A model generated the notes under the pieces. That model searched no databases and was not told where the DNA came from. It saw nothing but the letters and a program-made list of their open reading frames with translations. From positions 15,252,001-15,316,000 of the forward strand of contig CM074515.1 in the NCBI GenBank assembly GCA_037379345.1: a stretch of DNA of 64,000 nucleotides, written 5' to 3'. The stretch's first letter is position 1. Each line of letters starts with the position of its first letter. Shown one piece after another: positions 11,519 through 24,689 of the stretch. This DNA comes from Perna viridis (Eukaryota). The translations under genes were made by a program, and so were the position numbers.

Positions 11519-14467
11519 TTAAATAGTAAAATTTGCACACAGTTTTTCTAGTATCCTTTTATTTCTATTTCGTTACATCCTGCTTAATAAATCTCAAATC
11601 TATTTGAATATATAGTTAAAGACTATGCCGAAATTTATAAGTATTCTCACAGAAAGTTTTAATACTTCAAAAGTTTTTTTAAAACCTTATTAATTTGTAT
11701 ACATTATGAATAACATGAAATAACATACTGTATGGTTGTTTATAGAAAGTAAAATCGAGAAAAAAAACTTGGTATCAGCAAAACCAGAAACCCAAACGCT
11801 AAGGGATAAAGACTTAACCGAAAAAACAACAAACAAACAAACACACAAACAAAATCAAAAATTGGAACAGAAAAAACCATTAGAGAAACCGCGAAAATAA
11901 GACACATAAAACAAATATTGTGGTCGGCTGCCATGGCTATATTTCAATTTTGACAAGATCAGTAAGGAAGGTTTTTTTTTGTACTTATTACTAATGAGAC
12001 CCTGGCGCAATTTTCGTGAATATCATAATCCATAATCCAAAACAACCCGGATATACAAATGTTTGTAATATGCACAGTTTTTATAGTATTTAAGTACATC
12101 TGAGATCTATGCAAAGAAGTTGACTCTTTTGCTGTGAAACAACATTACAGAACTGAGCCATACAGGGTTCTCGTCTGTATATTTTAAGGGCGCTTGTTAT
12201 TTTGTATATTAACAACTGATTCTTCAAAGCTGGTATGATCTTGATCAGTGATTGTAGTCCTCTGTTAACGTCCATAAGCGTCACTCATAAGTAATCTAAA
12301 CCACTGAATGAACATAAGTTACAAAAGCGAAATAGAAATATTTGTTTCGCAAGCAGGATGTTCAAATTGTTATCATTAATGATTAAATATTAACGATCAC
12401 ACTTTTGACATTCATACAATTGATGATTTGAAATTAACTTCTGATTAATTGTGTCGATATATACAATATAATATTTCCATAGTATAAAATTTGATACCAG
12501 CGACCCTATCAGTATGTTATTCAGAGACAAAGGAACGATTTGTATCAACGTCACTTCACTGCCTGAATATAAAGCAAACAATGTCATAACAAAAATTACA
12601 ATTCTATCAAGTCCATCTTTGATCAAACACTTTATCAATAATTTACTCACTGTGGTATTACATTTAGTAATATTGAATAAAGTCGAGAGCTTTACATTTC
12701 TGTTAAAACTATAACTCGAAGGATTTTTACGACAAAATGATTGTTGAAATTGAAAAATAATAATAATATACATGTAGGATAAATTTATCAAAGGTAAGAG
12801 GGTTATATTATCTTTGAAATAATCATTATATACGCTTTGAACATAACAAAACTGGTCATCCAAAAGAATGAATTTTTGGAAATAGTTCTTCATAAAAGGC
12901 ACATAAAACAGAGCATTGCTCGCCCTTGAGAAATGAATTGATGTTAACTTTGATCTTTCTCTATATTTTTGTCGTTTTATCTACTTCTTGGACGGCTGGA
13001 TATTTTCCAATATCACATCATCGATGTGATATGAACCAGTAATATGAAAATTTCGTCGTTGTGATTGGTTGTTCGTGACAATAATGTTCAATTGGTCAAA
13101 AAGCGACGTTATGAGTTTTGTTACATTGTTTTCTCGCAAACCCTAGTTATAAATGACAAATGCTAAAATTTCCGTCATGGCAAATGCAGAATGTCGAGCG
13201 GAATTGCTGACGAATCATAGAGAAAAAGATTATATAACTTGTAAACTTTGAATATCAACCCGCTTTATTTAATTTTACCAGCATAACAAAATCGCACAGA
13301 AGACATGTTTGTCACAGATTTCCTCTTACAAAAAAGTTGGTAAATAGATACATTTAAGCAAACGATCTTTCTGATGGGTATTGAAAAAAATCAGGTTTAT
13401 CCTTCTTAATTTTTGGTTTTGTGTATAACTCCTTTATGATAACTAGAACAATAAGTATCCGTTACAGGTACCATTATATAATGCATGCTTATAGATATAG
13501 ATCTAAATCTTCATTCATCATATATTGATCTAATCTAAACACACTGTAACACTATAGTTCTTAACAATAATCCCGAGGCGTGTCACACGTTAGAAAAATA
13601 GTATCACAAGTGCGTTTTATAGACAATACAAACATACATGAATTGAAAAATTCAAGATTATACAGAAATCACTTCTTATCATATAAAGGTATTAGCTTCT
13701 CTCGGACAACAATGTATTCACAAAAGCATGTAGTATTTTACAATTTGATCCGTAACTTAGATTATATAAAGTGGTTTCAAAAATAAATTATTCCTCTGTT
13801 GTAAATCATATATCTTATTTAATCTTCTGATGTAAATGATAAGATACTCAAACTTAATAACCACATGGTGGCGAATGGAAGCATTGGAGTACTTCATACG
13901 GTATGAAATTAACTCTATCAAATTTATTAAATTTTAAACAGTTGTATGTAGCTTTAAAACAAACATATTATGCCCTTGTTGCGCTGCCCTTTTTGAGTTT
14001 TCTATATTTTTATATTTTTGTGTTAGTTTTGGTTCCAGTTGTTTGGTTTTGGTTTTTGACATGTGCATTTGCTATTATATTTTGTTTTTTGGTTCATTCA
14101 CATAAGCTCTCATAATCATGTCAATTAATATTCCAATACATAAAAGTTCCATGAAAGATAAATCAGACTTGTTATAGCGTTACAACTGGTGATGCATGGT
14201 AAGTATCTTACTGACTTCATAAAATATCCTTATAACAATGGAAGATGTTACGGTGAACACTGCATTGGGGATATTGGAAAACTATCTGTCAGACAATATG
14301 AAGGTCAGTTTTATTCTACATGATAGTTTGTAGTATAAATCATTAACATCTTAACTATCCTACATGTATGTTGTTAATTAATATATGTAGTTTTAGTGCT
14401 ATGGAGTACGCGTTTAGTGATGAATTTCGAAGTAAAATTAATGGACCGTTGTCAGTGCATTAAACTA

Positions 14468-14645
14468 AGAGAACGAAAGACGAAACGTTCTAATACCATA
14501 GGACAGTCTTGTTAATGGTTTCTCGAGAGAGAACGAAAGACGAAACGTTCTAATTCCATAGGACAGTCTTGTTAATGGTTTCTTGAGAGAGAACGAAACA
14601 CGAAACATTATAAATACATAGGGCAGTCATGTTATTAGTTCTTGA
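14468..14645. repeat. 60-bp tandem repeat x3
   Basis: gagaacgaaagacgaaacgttctaat(a/t)ccataggacagtcttgttaatggtttct recurs at a 60-bp period. Confidence 0.9.
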
Positions 14646-16299
14646 GTTTGATTTTCATATGATAAACAAACGATCTGTGATCCTTGCACTTTTCTGTATT
14701 TCACTTATTTTTCTCTGTCACTTGACAATTTAACTTTAATCTAACTCCATTAATTGATATTTAGCAGATAATAGCAAATTATTGTTGGTCAAAACGTCAA
14801 ATAAAATTGGACGAAACAGCAATCTTCATACCATTACTCTACTTAAGATTCTGTTTGTATTTTAATTACTTTACTGCACGTTATTTTTAAATTTGCAACA
14901 TCAAAGAAAGAATAATAATACAATTATAAAATGTTAAACATCATTAAATTGTCGTTTAAATATATATGGTAGATATAAAACATCTCAATAACAATTAATA
15001 TTAGAAATTCATCTCTCATAGTCACTATGATGAAAATTCAAAGTTACCAACTCATTGTAATTTAATGTGATGTATTGTAATATACAGCCCATTGATCGTA
15101 AAAGGCAGAGAGGAAATCGTGGGATGGGTTTCTACATATCACGATATCAACGTAAATGATTGTCTGATGTTGATAAGAGTATCTTATATCTTTTTAAAGT
15201 CTACTTATCACTTTTGTAGCATAGTAATCCACTTAAGGGAGAAATTCTATGAAAATTTCCATATTTTGGATTAATTCAAGATCATTGAAAATAATACACT
15301 ACATATTCATCAACAACAAAAATTCTCGAAGTAGAAAATACAAAAAACACCACGTATATTATAATTGCAAATGCCGGTATGATGTAAACGTGTTTAAATG
15401 TTTGACCTCTCATCATCAACATTATAACAAAATAAATAGATCTTAATAAAAAACAAATTATATACCAGATTTACTCAAAACCACAAATTATGAAAAAGGG
15501 AGCCAAATCCAGCAACGATAAGTCCTACTAATACAAGTGTAATATGGGAAATAAATCCTCACTTAATGCATTCATTCTTCGGCTAATAAAACAAAATAAG
15601 AATATACTGAAAAATCGAGAAGCTTTTGAATGAATACTTTATAATGATTTCTGTATATATTCATTGTTCAAGAGGGTGAAAGTGTCATGTCGACCCAAAA
15701 TTACGTAGTTCTGTATTGGACTAAGGGATTAATGATCCATTGGATGGTTATGGCACTGTACAGATTGTTAATTTTATTGTGGAACAAAGGGGAAACTATA
15801 TAAAGCACAATGAAAGCTAATGTGTTATCTAATCAACACTTAGGCATTTATACCTGCATTTAGAAACTATATGTATATTTTGACACCGAGTGAAAATGTG
15901 ATATGCTTGTTATAATTGTTGTTTGAGTGATGGATACTACTATTTTATTGACTTACCTGGTGAAATGTTTTACATGTATTTGCTTAACATGAGAAAATAA
16001 TTACTTGTTTTAAAAATTCATATCAATAATGTTGAATTATTTTATGATATTTTGTGGATCATGGTTTGTCAATCACAAAGGAAAAAGGTAAGTTGTCTCT
16101 TAGGGAATTATTTCAATGTTCAATGTATGAGAATAAATACAATTAATATTTTGTTATTAACACATCTAAAATGACATAAAGATTTCTTTAAGTCTGCAGG
16201 AAGATCTATCGAATATTTTTCTTCGAAATAATGGTTTCTTTAAAGAAAATTATAATTGATACATTTATGTGATACATACATAGAAATACACCATTTATG

Positions 16300-18720
16300 C
16301 TTACATTGCTCACATAATCTCATCTAGATTCACATATTTAGATGCATTTTGAGTAAACCAATATTCAGAACAACCACATTCATTTAGAGTATATCCATTA
16401 AGAATGGTACATATTTCTGTTATGCATGGTGCATAACAATTTATGCAAAATGGATGAAATCCAATCTTGCTTACTGCACATGAATCTTATATATATATCA
16501 ATAGGAAAGAGTAATCAAGGGAACCAAGGTTAAAGCGGTAATCAAAAGAATGCAACTCGGTGGGTGTTACTAGAAAAGCAGGAGACGCTTATCTAAACGG
16601 TGCAACTGGATTATGCTCCCAGATTTTAGTGGAGTCCGAGTTGCTAATTTACTTTTTTACTTTGTATGTATCAGTTTGGTTAGTTTATGTTCTTTGTTGT
16701 ATTAGTCTGTTTTCCATGTGTGGACTTTGTCCCTGGATTATATTCTTTTGATTTCCGATGGAATCTTGGTTCTCTTTATTATTCCTTTACAACCGTATAA
16801 AATATAGGTGCTACCATTGTGTCAACATATATAATTGCAAGTCAATAGGTAATCCTGAACTTCTTCATTTTCTACCTTGTTCTTACGGTTTATCCTGGTA
16901 ATTTTTAAATGAACCAATATACATGAGTATTATACCTAAACAAGCAAATGCATCAACAATTTTCAAATACTCCCCATTCAGCTTTGAAACAGGTTTATCG
17001 GGATACTTACGTTTTCTTAATATAACAGCATTAATTTATAGTTTCCATGTTTTACCATATAAATACATTGAATTAAGTGCAGATTGTTATTCAGTATCAG
17101 CATAGATACAATCTTAAATAAACAGAAATTCCACCTGCATCAAAGCATCTGAACAGCATTATAAATATTAAATATATGATAACCTGTTATATTGATTAGA
17201 TATAAACTGATCTAAATAATTAAGTAACAATAAAAAGTGCAGGAGACATGTTTTCTCCCTGTCTAATACCAACATTACTTTGGAAATAATCTGACACTTT
17301 TTACTACCCTGTCGTATACAAGATTTATCATTACCTTACATTGCATGTACAGTAGTAAACATTTTATCATCAATACATTTTGGCAGTAACTTATTGCATA
17401 AAACTGTTTTATTTATGGAATCGAAAACCTAACGATAATCAATAAAGGCACAAAACAATGATTTGTTCTTGAGGAAGTACAAATCTATTGATCATTTAAG
17501 ATTCAATATACGATCGTTCATTCCACATTTCTTTCTTAAACCTACCTGCTTTTCACAGAGAACATTCATATTTTCAAGATAAAAATTAAGTGTGTTATCT
17601 AGTACAGCAGTAAAAAGTGTCGATATAACAACTAAGTATAGTAAGCCCTGTAATTTTAATTGCATTTCTAACCTCTTGTTCAGTGATAACAGCATTAACA
17701 TTATTATTTAGATGAGTAACAGTATTTCTACCAAACTCTACAAAATCACAATCATCATCCTCTTATGCATTGTTTAACTTCTTAAAATGCTATAATAAAA
17801 CCATTTAGTCGACATTTTCAAGTACTTTATTCTTGACCTATTTAACAACGACAGTAAGACATTCTGACTTGGATTTGGGACCCAAGTATAACATTTGTCT
17901 TGGTGATATTAAATTTTTATTTTACAATCTGCTTTAAACTATAATTTATTAACCTTACATTTTGTTTTTTCTACAACTTTTCTCAGAAAAAATTGTTTTC
18001 GTAACAAATTACTATCAGTAAAAGCATGAATAATAATATCATTACAAAACTCTAAATGGGAATTTCCAATTCCATCGAAAAAAAAATTAAATAATTTTAC
18101 AATGTATGAAGATTATCCAAAAGAGATAAAACAATTTATAGAATGCGGTACATTAACGAAAGGTTACAAAGTGTCAAATATATCAATTTTGAGAACAGTA
18201 TTTGAGTTTTAATAATCACATAAAATTGATTTCCCATTAGCCAATTGAAATTAATAACCAGAGGCACTGCTTGCTTGTCTGTCTTTCCAGAATCATGGTA
18301 CTCAAACATTTAATAAGGCGGTTTATAAAAGGTGTAAACTTGCCCAAAACCAGATTATTGAGTATAACCTGTTCAAAAATAAGATACATTCCTTATAATT
18401 AAATTTCTAATAAACGACAGTCTAGATATTAAAAATACTCTATACGCTCATAATACCTAATTATATAATATAATATATGATATTACCCAAAACGGACACT
18501 TGGTTTTAACACATTACAAATAACATTCATGTTGTTAACCAAAACATCTGCAATTTACATATCTTCAAAAAATGCATAACTTAACTGGAAAAAGTGACTC
18601 ATAAAATAATGACAATATGAAATACAATCACTAATAATAATCTGCATACTCAATCATGGGGGACCTAGGCAGCCATGAAAACTCCATTTTATTAGGGAAG
18701 AGGAAACATGTGTCCGAATC
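16300..18720 (-). mobile_element. Degenerate non-LTR (L2/CR1-group) retrotransposon RT pseudogene; boundaries approximate
   Basis: Minus-strand remnants EKQVGLRK, CAFIDYR*VFDSIN, VGIRQGENMSPALF and a YAD-type motif near 17100. Multiple stops and frameshifts. Interrupted by a Naiad fragment at 16508-16785. Confidence 0.7.
16508..16785 (+). mobile_element. Naiad-type PLE 3' fragment preceded by an inverted copy of its own terminus
   Basis: 16508-16552 is the reverse complement of the 3' end. 16552-16785 is the forward 3' UTR. Confidence 0.8.
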
Positions 18721-18980
18721 CAATGCGAGAACCGTGTTAAGAGATATACCCGTACTGTATATTATGCAAAAATGATACCTAGAAATAAATCTTAGGAACT
18801 CAAGTTGCGTTTAGCTAAAAAGTGACCACTGGGAAAATTCCCACTAAAACTTTCGACATCGTCCTGTGACCAAAATTTATACACCAGTACCGTAAATGCA
18901 ATAATTTCTCACTATACTAGCGAAACGTGAAAAATAAAACTTATTCTTAATCAAAATGTAATTTTGTTTGGGGCTAATTG

Positions 18981-19062
18981 AATCGGGAGAGTATAGGGAC
19001 TAATCGGCGTTACTGAGGTCAAATCGGGAGAGTATAGGGACTAATCGGCGTTAATGACGTCA
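18981..19062. repeat. ~40-bp tandem duplication
   Basis: aatcgggagagtatagggactaatcggcgtta occurs twice in tandem. Confidence 0.85.
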
Positions 19063-19260
19063 TAGTAACAAGCCAGATTATACAGAATAACCTGGTTTGC
19101 TCAAAAGGAACCAAACAATCAGAAAGTATGTTTCAAACATAAATTAACTTATATAACATATGTACAGTACTATATAACTAATATGTGCTCACGTCTATAT
19201 CAGAGAGATTTCTGGATGTTGGTATAGAACCTTATTATACACGACTTTCGTCTTCAAGTA

Positions 19261-19889
19261 AATGAAAAGATATAAAATAAAAGGCTGTATACGTGTGATA
19301 TCTGTTCATTTGAACAGATAACAGTTTTAAATATTAAAATCAATTAGGATACAAATTCATGCTTAGAGAGTACTTTATATCAGTAAATAATATTGTACTA
19401 CTTTCGGTGGAGATTCATAGCAGTTTACAACAGTTTTAATAACTGAATATAATAACATATTCTTTAAATATTTACAGTCTACAATGAAAATATATAAAAT
19501 AAAAAGCTTTATACGTGTGATATCTGTTCATTTGAACAGATAACATTTTTAAAGATGATATTAGCTGTATTCGTTCTACATTTACATGATGAAAGTAAAT
19601 TTCATTTTTAAGTATTTACACAAACCCTTGTATGAGCCTGTGTTGGATTTAATTTGAAAGATTATTTGAATATTGTACAACAGTGATCACTTCATGCAAA
19701 TAAATGGCAGTGTTGATTACTATTATTACGACCCATTTATTACAGGCTCTTAACCAACATGTAGAAATAAATTTAGTTATTAAAACTGTTGTCAACTGTT
19801 ACGAATCTCCACCGAAAGTCGTACAATATCATTTACTGGTATAAAGTACTCTCTAAACATGAATTTGTATCCAAATTGATTTTAATCTT
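19261..19889. repeat. Interleaved ~70-bp direct repeat and ~118-bp inverted repeat
   Basis: Direct: 19261-19331 vs 19483-19553. Inverted: 19331-19448 vs 19771-19889. Confidence 0.85.
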
Positions 19890-20140
19890 ACTTTCAAGTT
19901 TTGATTTTTCTTGATTTCACTTGTTACATATTTGTTCATTTTAACGAAAAAGGGGTTGTTATTAAGACGTGGGTTAAAATAAACATCGTACGTATTAAAA
20001 TCAAGATTGTTTTACATAAGTATGTAGTTAATTAGTTAAATAACTGTGAGTATGTGTTAGTTTTAACAATCAAGCCCCAAACGTTATTCTTTTTTTTTGG
20101 AGAAGCACTGTTTTCAAAAAATTTATCTTTTTTTTTACAG

Positions 20141-21076
20141 AAACAAGTGAAATTTATCTGTGGTGACAACAGCAGTAATTCTGACAACAAAGCATGTTTA
20201 CCACTACGTAATAACAATTTGGAAGTTGCTTTACAAACACTGGATGAGAGGAGAATGGAACAACCGTCACTTCGTTCAACGAAACGGGCTTCTTCTGAAT
20301 CGAGCCTAATACGTCTACGTAGGAGAGATAAACTTCCATTAACAAAGGCATATGATTTTCCATCTGTTGAAAATGCAGTAAAACATTTTAAAAGAAAACT
20401 AGATGGAGAGGGATTAGTTGCTGTATCCGTTCCTTTAAATCACAGATCTAGTTTTTTAGATATTGGTGATGAACATCGATTGAAATATCATCATCGAAGT
20501 GTAGACGAAATAGAGAAAATGTCATACAATTCAGAACGATTGAGAACAGTGTTAGACGAGGAGATAGATTTGGACTATATTGACATCGTTTACGAGGCCA
20601 ACAAGCCAACAAAACAGAGATACATGTCGTTATCATGTGCACCCCCAATTAAGCCGAATTACTTTCCACGAACTATAAAGCTCCAACAGCGATCAGATTC
20701 AAGAGAATCACGTGGTAGAGGTAGGGATGATAACGAGGCAATGTTGAATAGTTTTCAAGGAGAGTGTAGTAATGAAACTAAAATGAAAAGTGAACATGTT
20801 AGCAGGCGAGGTTTGGATGCTCTTGGGTTGTACAAAAATAACACACCATTGAATTCAAGTATGACAAAATTGATCGAAACACGCGGTAGCGATAGGTCAT
20901 TCCGATCAGAACATATACCTGATCATCCAAATAAAGCTCACAGACTGTCGTATTTGAGAAAGACAAATGGCATTATAGGGGCTGTAAATAGAGCAAATAC
21001 TAGGGAAATGCAAAGAGTTCTCAGATACAGTAAATATGTGAACGAGGCATTCAGGGTAAACGGTAATAACGTATAG
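20141..21076 (+). CDS. Uncharacterised protein, large terminal coding exon (paralogue A)
   Basis: Long stop-free frame in AT-rich DNA. Polypyrimidine/CAG acceptor ends at 20140. First internal ATG is at 20255 (273 aa); phase-0 upstream exon candidates at 14238-14303 and 16061-16087. Clear protein similarity to 27987-28874. Confidence 0.8.
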   Translation, partial: KQVKFICGDNSSNSDNKACLPLRNNNLEVALQTLDERRMEQPSLRSTKRASSESSLIRLRRRDKLPLTKAYDFPSVENAVKHFKRKLDGEGLVAVSVPLNHRSSFLDIGDEHRLKYHHRSVDEIEKMSYNSERLRTVLDEEIDLDYIDIVYEANKPTKQRYMSLSCAPPIKPNYFPRTIKLQQRSDSRESRGRGRDDNEAMLNSFQGECSNETKMKSEHVSRRGLDALGLYKNNTPLNSSMTKLIETRGSDRSFRSEHIPDHPNKAHRLSYLRKTNGIIGAVNRANTREMQRVLRYSKYVNEAFRVNGNNV

Positions 21077-21721
21077 AATGCAAACATTCAGTTTTGTTTC
21101 GAAACCAGGATTAAAGTGATTAAACAGTGAAATTATGTAAAATCATTAATTGCTAACTTGTCATTTGTACTGGCACCGGTGAGTTGGTTTTAACCACAAG
21201 TGCAATCAGCCCTTGTCATATCCGATTTATTTCAGTCGGTTATTACATTGTGAAAAATATCTCCTGGTACGAGAAAAATATGCGCTATTAAACTGCCAAA
21301 AAGTTTAATGGGAACATTGTCTGAATGAAATACATGTTGTTACAAAGAAAAGTTGTTAAAAACATCAATTTTTTTTAAGATAGGATTTTTTTCAATCGTT
21401 ATATCAATAATTGAGATGCTGAACAATATAACTTATTGTAAATCATAAAACAATTTGAGTGTATTTTTAAGTAAATGTTAAGCACCGAATTGCACGTGAT
21501 TTATTTAGAATAACAAAGTTATGCATACAAAAAAAATACCGGTAGTTGGTAACAATGAAGGAAATAGTATACGGTTGGTTGTGTTCTGATCTTTCCCTTG
21601 CATCCATAAACTACAAATTTTAGCGTTTTTTCTATTAGTTCAAACGCAAAGGTATAAACGCAACGTCCGAAGAAAAATGTTTGCGTATGGTCTATTGCTC
21701 TTTGGCTCTATGTCTGTCTGA

Positions 21722-21870
21722 AAGAGTAATCAAGGGAACCAAGATGCTAGCGGAAATCAAATTAATGTAATCCAGGAACAAAGACCAGACATGGAAAACA
21801 GACAATCACAACAAAAACATAAAGTAATTAAAATAATACATACAAAGTAACAAAAGTAAATTAGCGACTG
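21722..21870 (-). mobile_element. Naiad-type PLE 3' terminus, inverted
   Basis: aagagtaatcaagggaaccaag...caaagtaacaaaagtaaat matches the reverse complement of the shared 3' end. Confidence 0.85.
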
Positions 21871-22524
21871 GCTGAAAATAATGAATTGATGCATCATTTT
21901 GCCACGAAACAACATTTTGTAGACTATTTCTCATGAGATTTGTTTCAGGTTCATCACGTAATGAATCCATTACAAGCCATCAAATAGTGGGTTTACTTTA
22001 CTCAAAGACGTGCAACGGTTAAAGATGGCCTTACTGAAATATTCATAAACTTCATCAAAGGCCTCCGATCATCACAAAGGTTTAATGACTTTATATTAAT
22101 ATAACCGCACGATTAATCAAACTTGCTGAAATGATGAAACAACACATAGCTGATGAGCCTTATAAAATTAGCTTACGGGAGTTAACTCTAGACGTGTTTG
22201 TTCAATAATAGAATTGTAGCTGATTTATATATCAGTGAATGCTATATTGTATCATTTAACGACTACTTATACATAAAATGAAATACCCAATACAATATTG
22301 GGCAATAAAAAAGTATGTCTGGTATGGTAATTGTAAATGATAAAGTGCTGTCAAGTTACACAATGAACTTATATAGATATGAATTTTCTATATTTTTTAT
22401 GACTATTTTTTATTCCTTCCAACTTTACTAAACAAACTTACATAATGAAATTGAAAATGAAATACAACAAATATATTTCAACTTGATAGTTCTCTTAGTT
22501 GATGTTTTGTGCTCATAATAAGTA

Positions 22525-23310
22525 ATATTCATCAAGTGTGGATTCTCAAGAATTCAAAAGACCCACAAAAGTGTCTTTTTTCCAGTAATCTTACCTTTTG
22601 TAACAGTATACAAACTTTTGATTTTCCTACCTTGTACATCACAATTAAAGTCAGTTCTACGAGATATTTTTATACAAAGCATGGAACTAAAGATATGCTT
22701 ATCTAGCATATGTATTAGAAAGAGAAAGGGCTTATTTGTGGAGAACCATAAACAATCCAACAAAAAGTGTTCCGAGTCTGACGTTAAAATGCTGGAAATT
22801 CTGGTCTACAACATTTTTGTATGCCAACAGAACTTTTGGAACGAATTGTATGCTACTTTTGGTCGATATTAAACGTTCATACATTCGTATGAAGCCAGAT
22901 TTATAAAACGGCTACTACATAAAAAGAGAAGCGAGCAGCCCACTCCTTTAATTTCACTTTCCGTTATATAAAAGGTGTATTATCTCTGAAAAAAGGTTTA
23001 AAGGCTTATCAAATGAACTTGAAATTAAAGAGACAACTGATACACCTTTTATCTGCCTCATACGTAGTCCTTAACTTGTACATATATAATACAGGACGTT
23101 TAAAATTAAAACTTTATGATGTGATGATGTTAACTTCCCAATTGTATACTTCCCCTCCTAAGTTGCAATTTACCTACATTCCTAGCCTGTGGAGTTTCAC
23201 AGCTGATCCGTTATGGTCGTGGCTGTGATCGGTACATGGACATTTTCTGTAAAGCTTGGATATTGTCAAATCAAAATTTTAAACAGGGGTACGTTCAGCC
23301 TCCGTAAATA
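22525..23310 (+). mobile_element. Old, diverged Naiad-type PLE RT remnant
   Basis: WILKNSKD, SIQTFDFPTLY, SASYVVLNLY, LKLKLYD and QGYV remnants in colinear order. Confidence 0.75.
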
Positions 23311-23314
23311 CCAT

Positions 23315-24030
23315 ATATCGGGGATTTGATACATCGCATCTACCCCAAACAACTTGAGATACTACAGACATTGTGAAGTCATCCTCATATATTGACGTAC
23401 ACTTAGAGATCGATGGTAATGGAAAACTGTTTACAAAACTATACGACGAACGCGTTGACTTTTCATCCCGTATTGTCAACTTTCCTTTCATCTGTTGCAA
23501 CAAGCCCTCTGCACCTGCGTTTGGAGTTTTCAAATCACATCTCAAACGTTATTCAAAAGCTTGTTGTAACTACACAGACTACTTGTATCGCGCTAGACTT
23601 CTTGCAATTAGGCTTCTGGAACAGGGTTATGTTGCTATAAGATTAAAGTCATCACTACAGAAGTTTTATGGTCGTCATTATGAACTAGTCGATCATTATG
23701 GTGTATCCATTGGACACAATGTGAACTAATTTTTTACCATGTCATAGTTTTCCTTTCCTCTTTTGTCTACCCTGGACTTGACTTTATATGAGCAAATTGG
23801 CGGGTGTTTCTAGAAAAGCAGAGGACGCTTACCCTACCGGTACACGTTGTCCATGCTTCCAGTAAATTTTAGTGGAGTCCGAGTTGCTCATTTTTTTTGT
23901 TACTTTGTATGCATCATTTTGGTTATTTAATGTTCTTTGTTGTGTGGGTCTGGTTTCCATATCTGGTCTTCGTCCCTTGATTATATTCTTCTGATTTCCG
24001 CTAGAATCTTGGTTCCCTTAATTTCTCTTT
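23315..24030 (+). mobile_element. Younger Naiad-type PLE (thumb plus 3' UTR) inserted in or after the older copy
   Basis: ORF 23373-23729 is very similar to 7519-8007. Complete 3' UTR ending ggttcccttaatttctct. Confidence 0.88.
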
Positions 24031-24689
24031 CAATCTGATTCCACTTCTTACCGAATTGACACCCTACCGAACTTGACACTTACTATATGCAGTAGTGTAG
24101 CTCTTTTGACAGAGCTGTATTGGAACAAGTCAATGGAGCAAGTCAAGTTCATATAATTCACTACATTATTGTCTCAATTGCAGTTATTAAATACATTACC
24201 ATCATGCGAGGGTGTTAAAATAATGCAGAAATACAATTTCATTTCCTTTGAAATCCTCTACAAAATTCTTGACACGATGTCAGTTTTTTCGTATGTTTTA
24301 TAGTCATGTTATATCAAATTCACGATCAAATGTTCCGACGTTTTTACATATGTAGTTGATATTTGTCATGCTTTATGGTGACTTTTGATATTCTTAATCT
24401 AATTTGTCCATATTCGCATTACATGTATTTACTTTATTTACCTCATGATGCTTTATATGTAATTTCATTCCGTTCGCTACCTTGTTTATGTGGTTATCGT
24501 CTTTGTCTCCAGCTCTCATTGGATTATGACGTCACTTGTCCTTATATTGGCGCTTCGGTATTTTTGCCGATTTTAAGTACATTTGCACGTCTTACGTTCA
24601 TCTATAGTGTGACACAATGTAATGTTACTTTTTTGTAAGATGTATTCATTAATGTATGTAATATCTTGTTGGAAAGGGAAAAACTGTCT

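Noticed and set aside
12390-12902. 170-aa minus-strand ORF
   Set aside because: No recognisable motif, composition typical of AT-rich non-coding DNA, non-ATG start and no splice support.
23788-23891. SECIS element / selenoprotein-coding Naiad
   Set aside because: AUGA-to-AAA spacing (~22 nt) does not fit SECIS geometry, and no recurrent in-frame TGA at Cys positions is seen in the RT copies.
23788-23891. Canonical hammerhead or HDV ribozyme call for the Naiad 3' element
   Set aside because: No CUGANGA/GAAA core. The HDV resemblance lacks a convincing P2 helix and J4/2 catalytic C.
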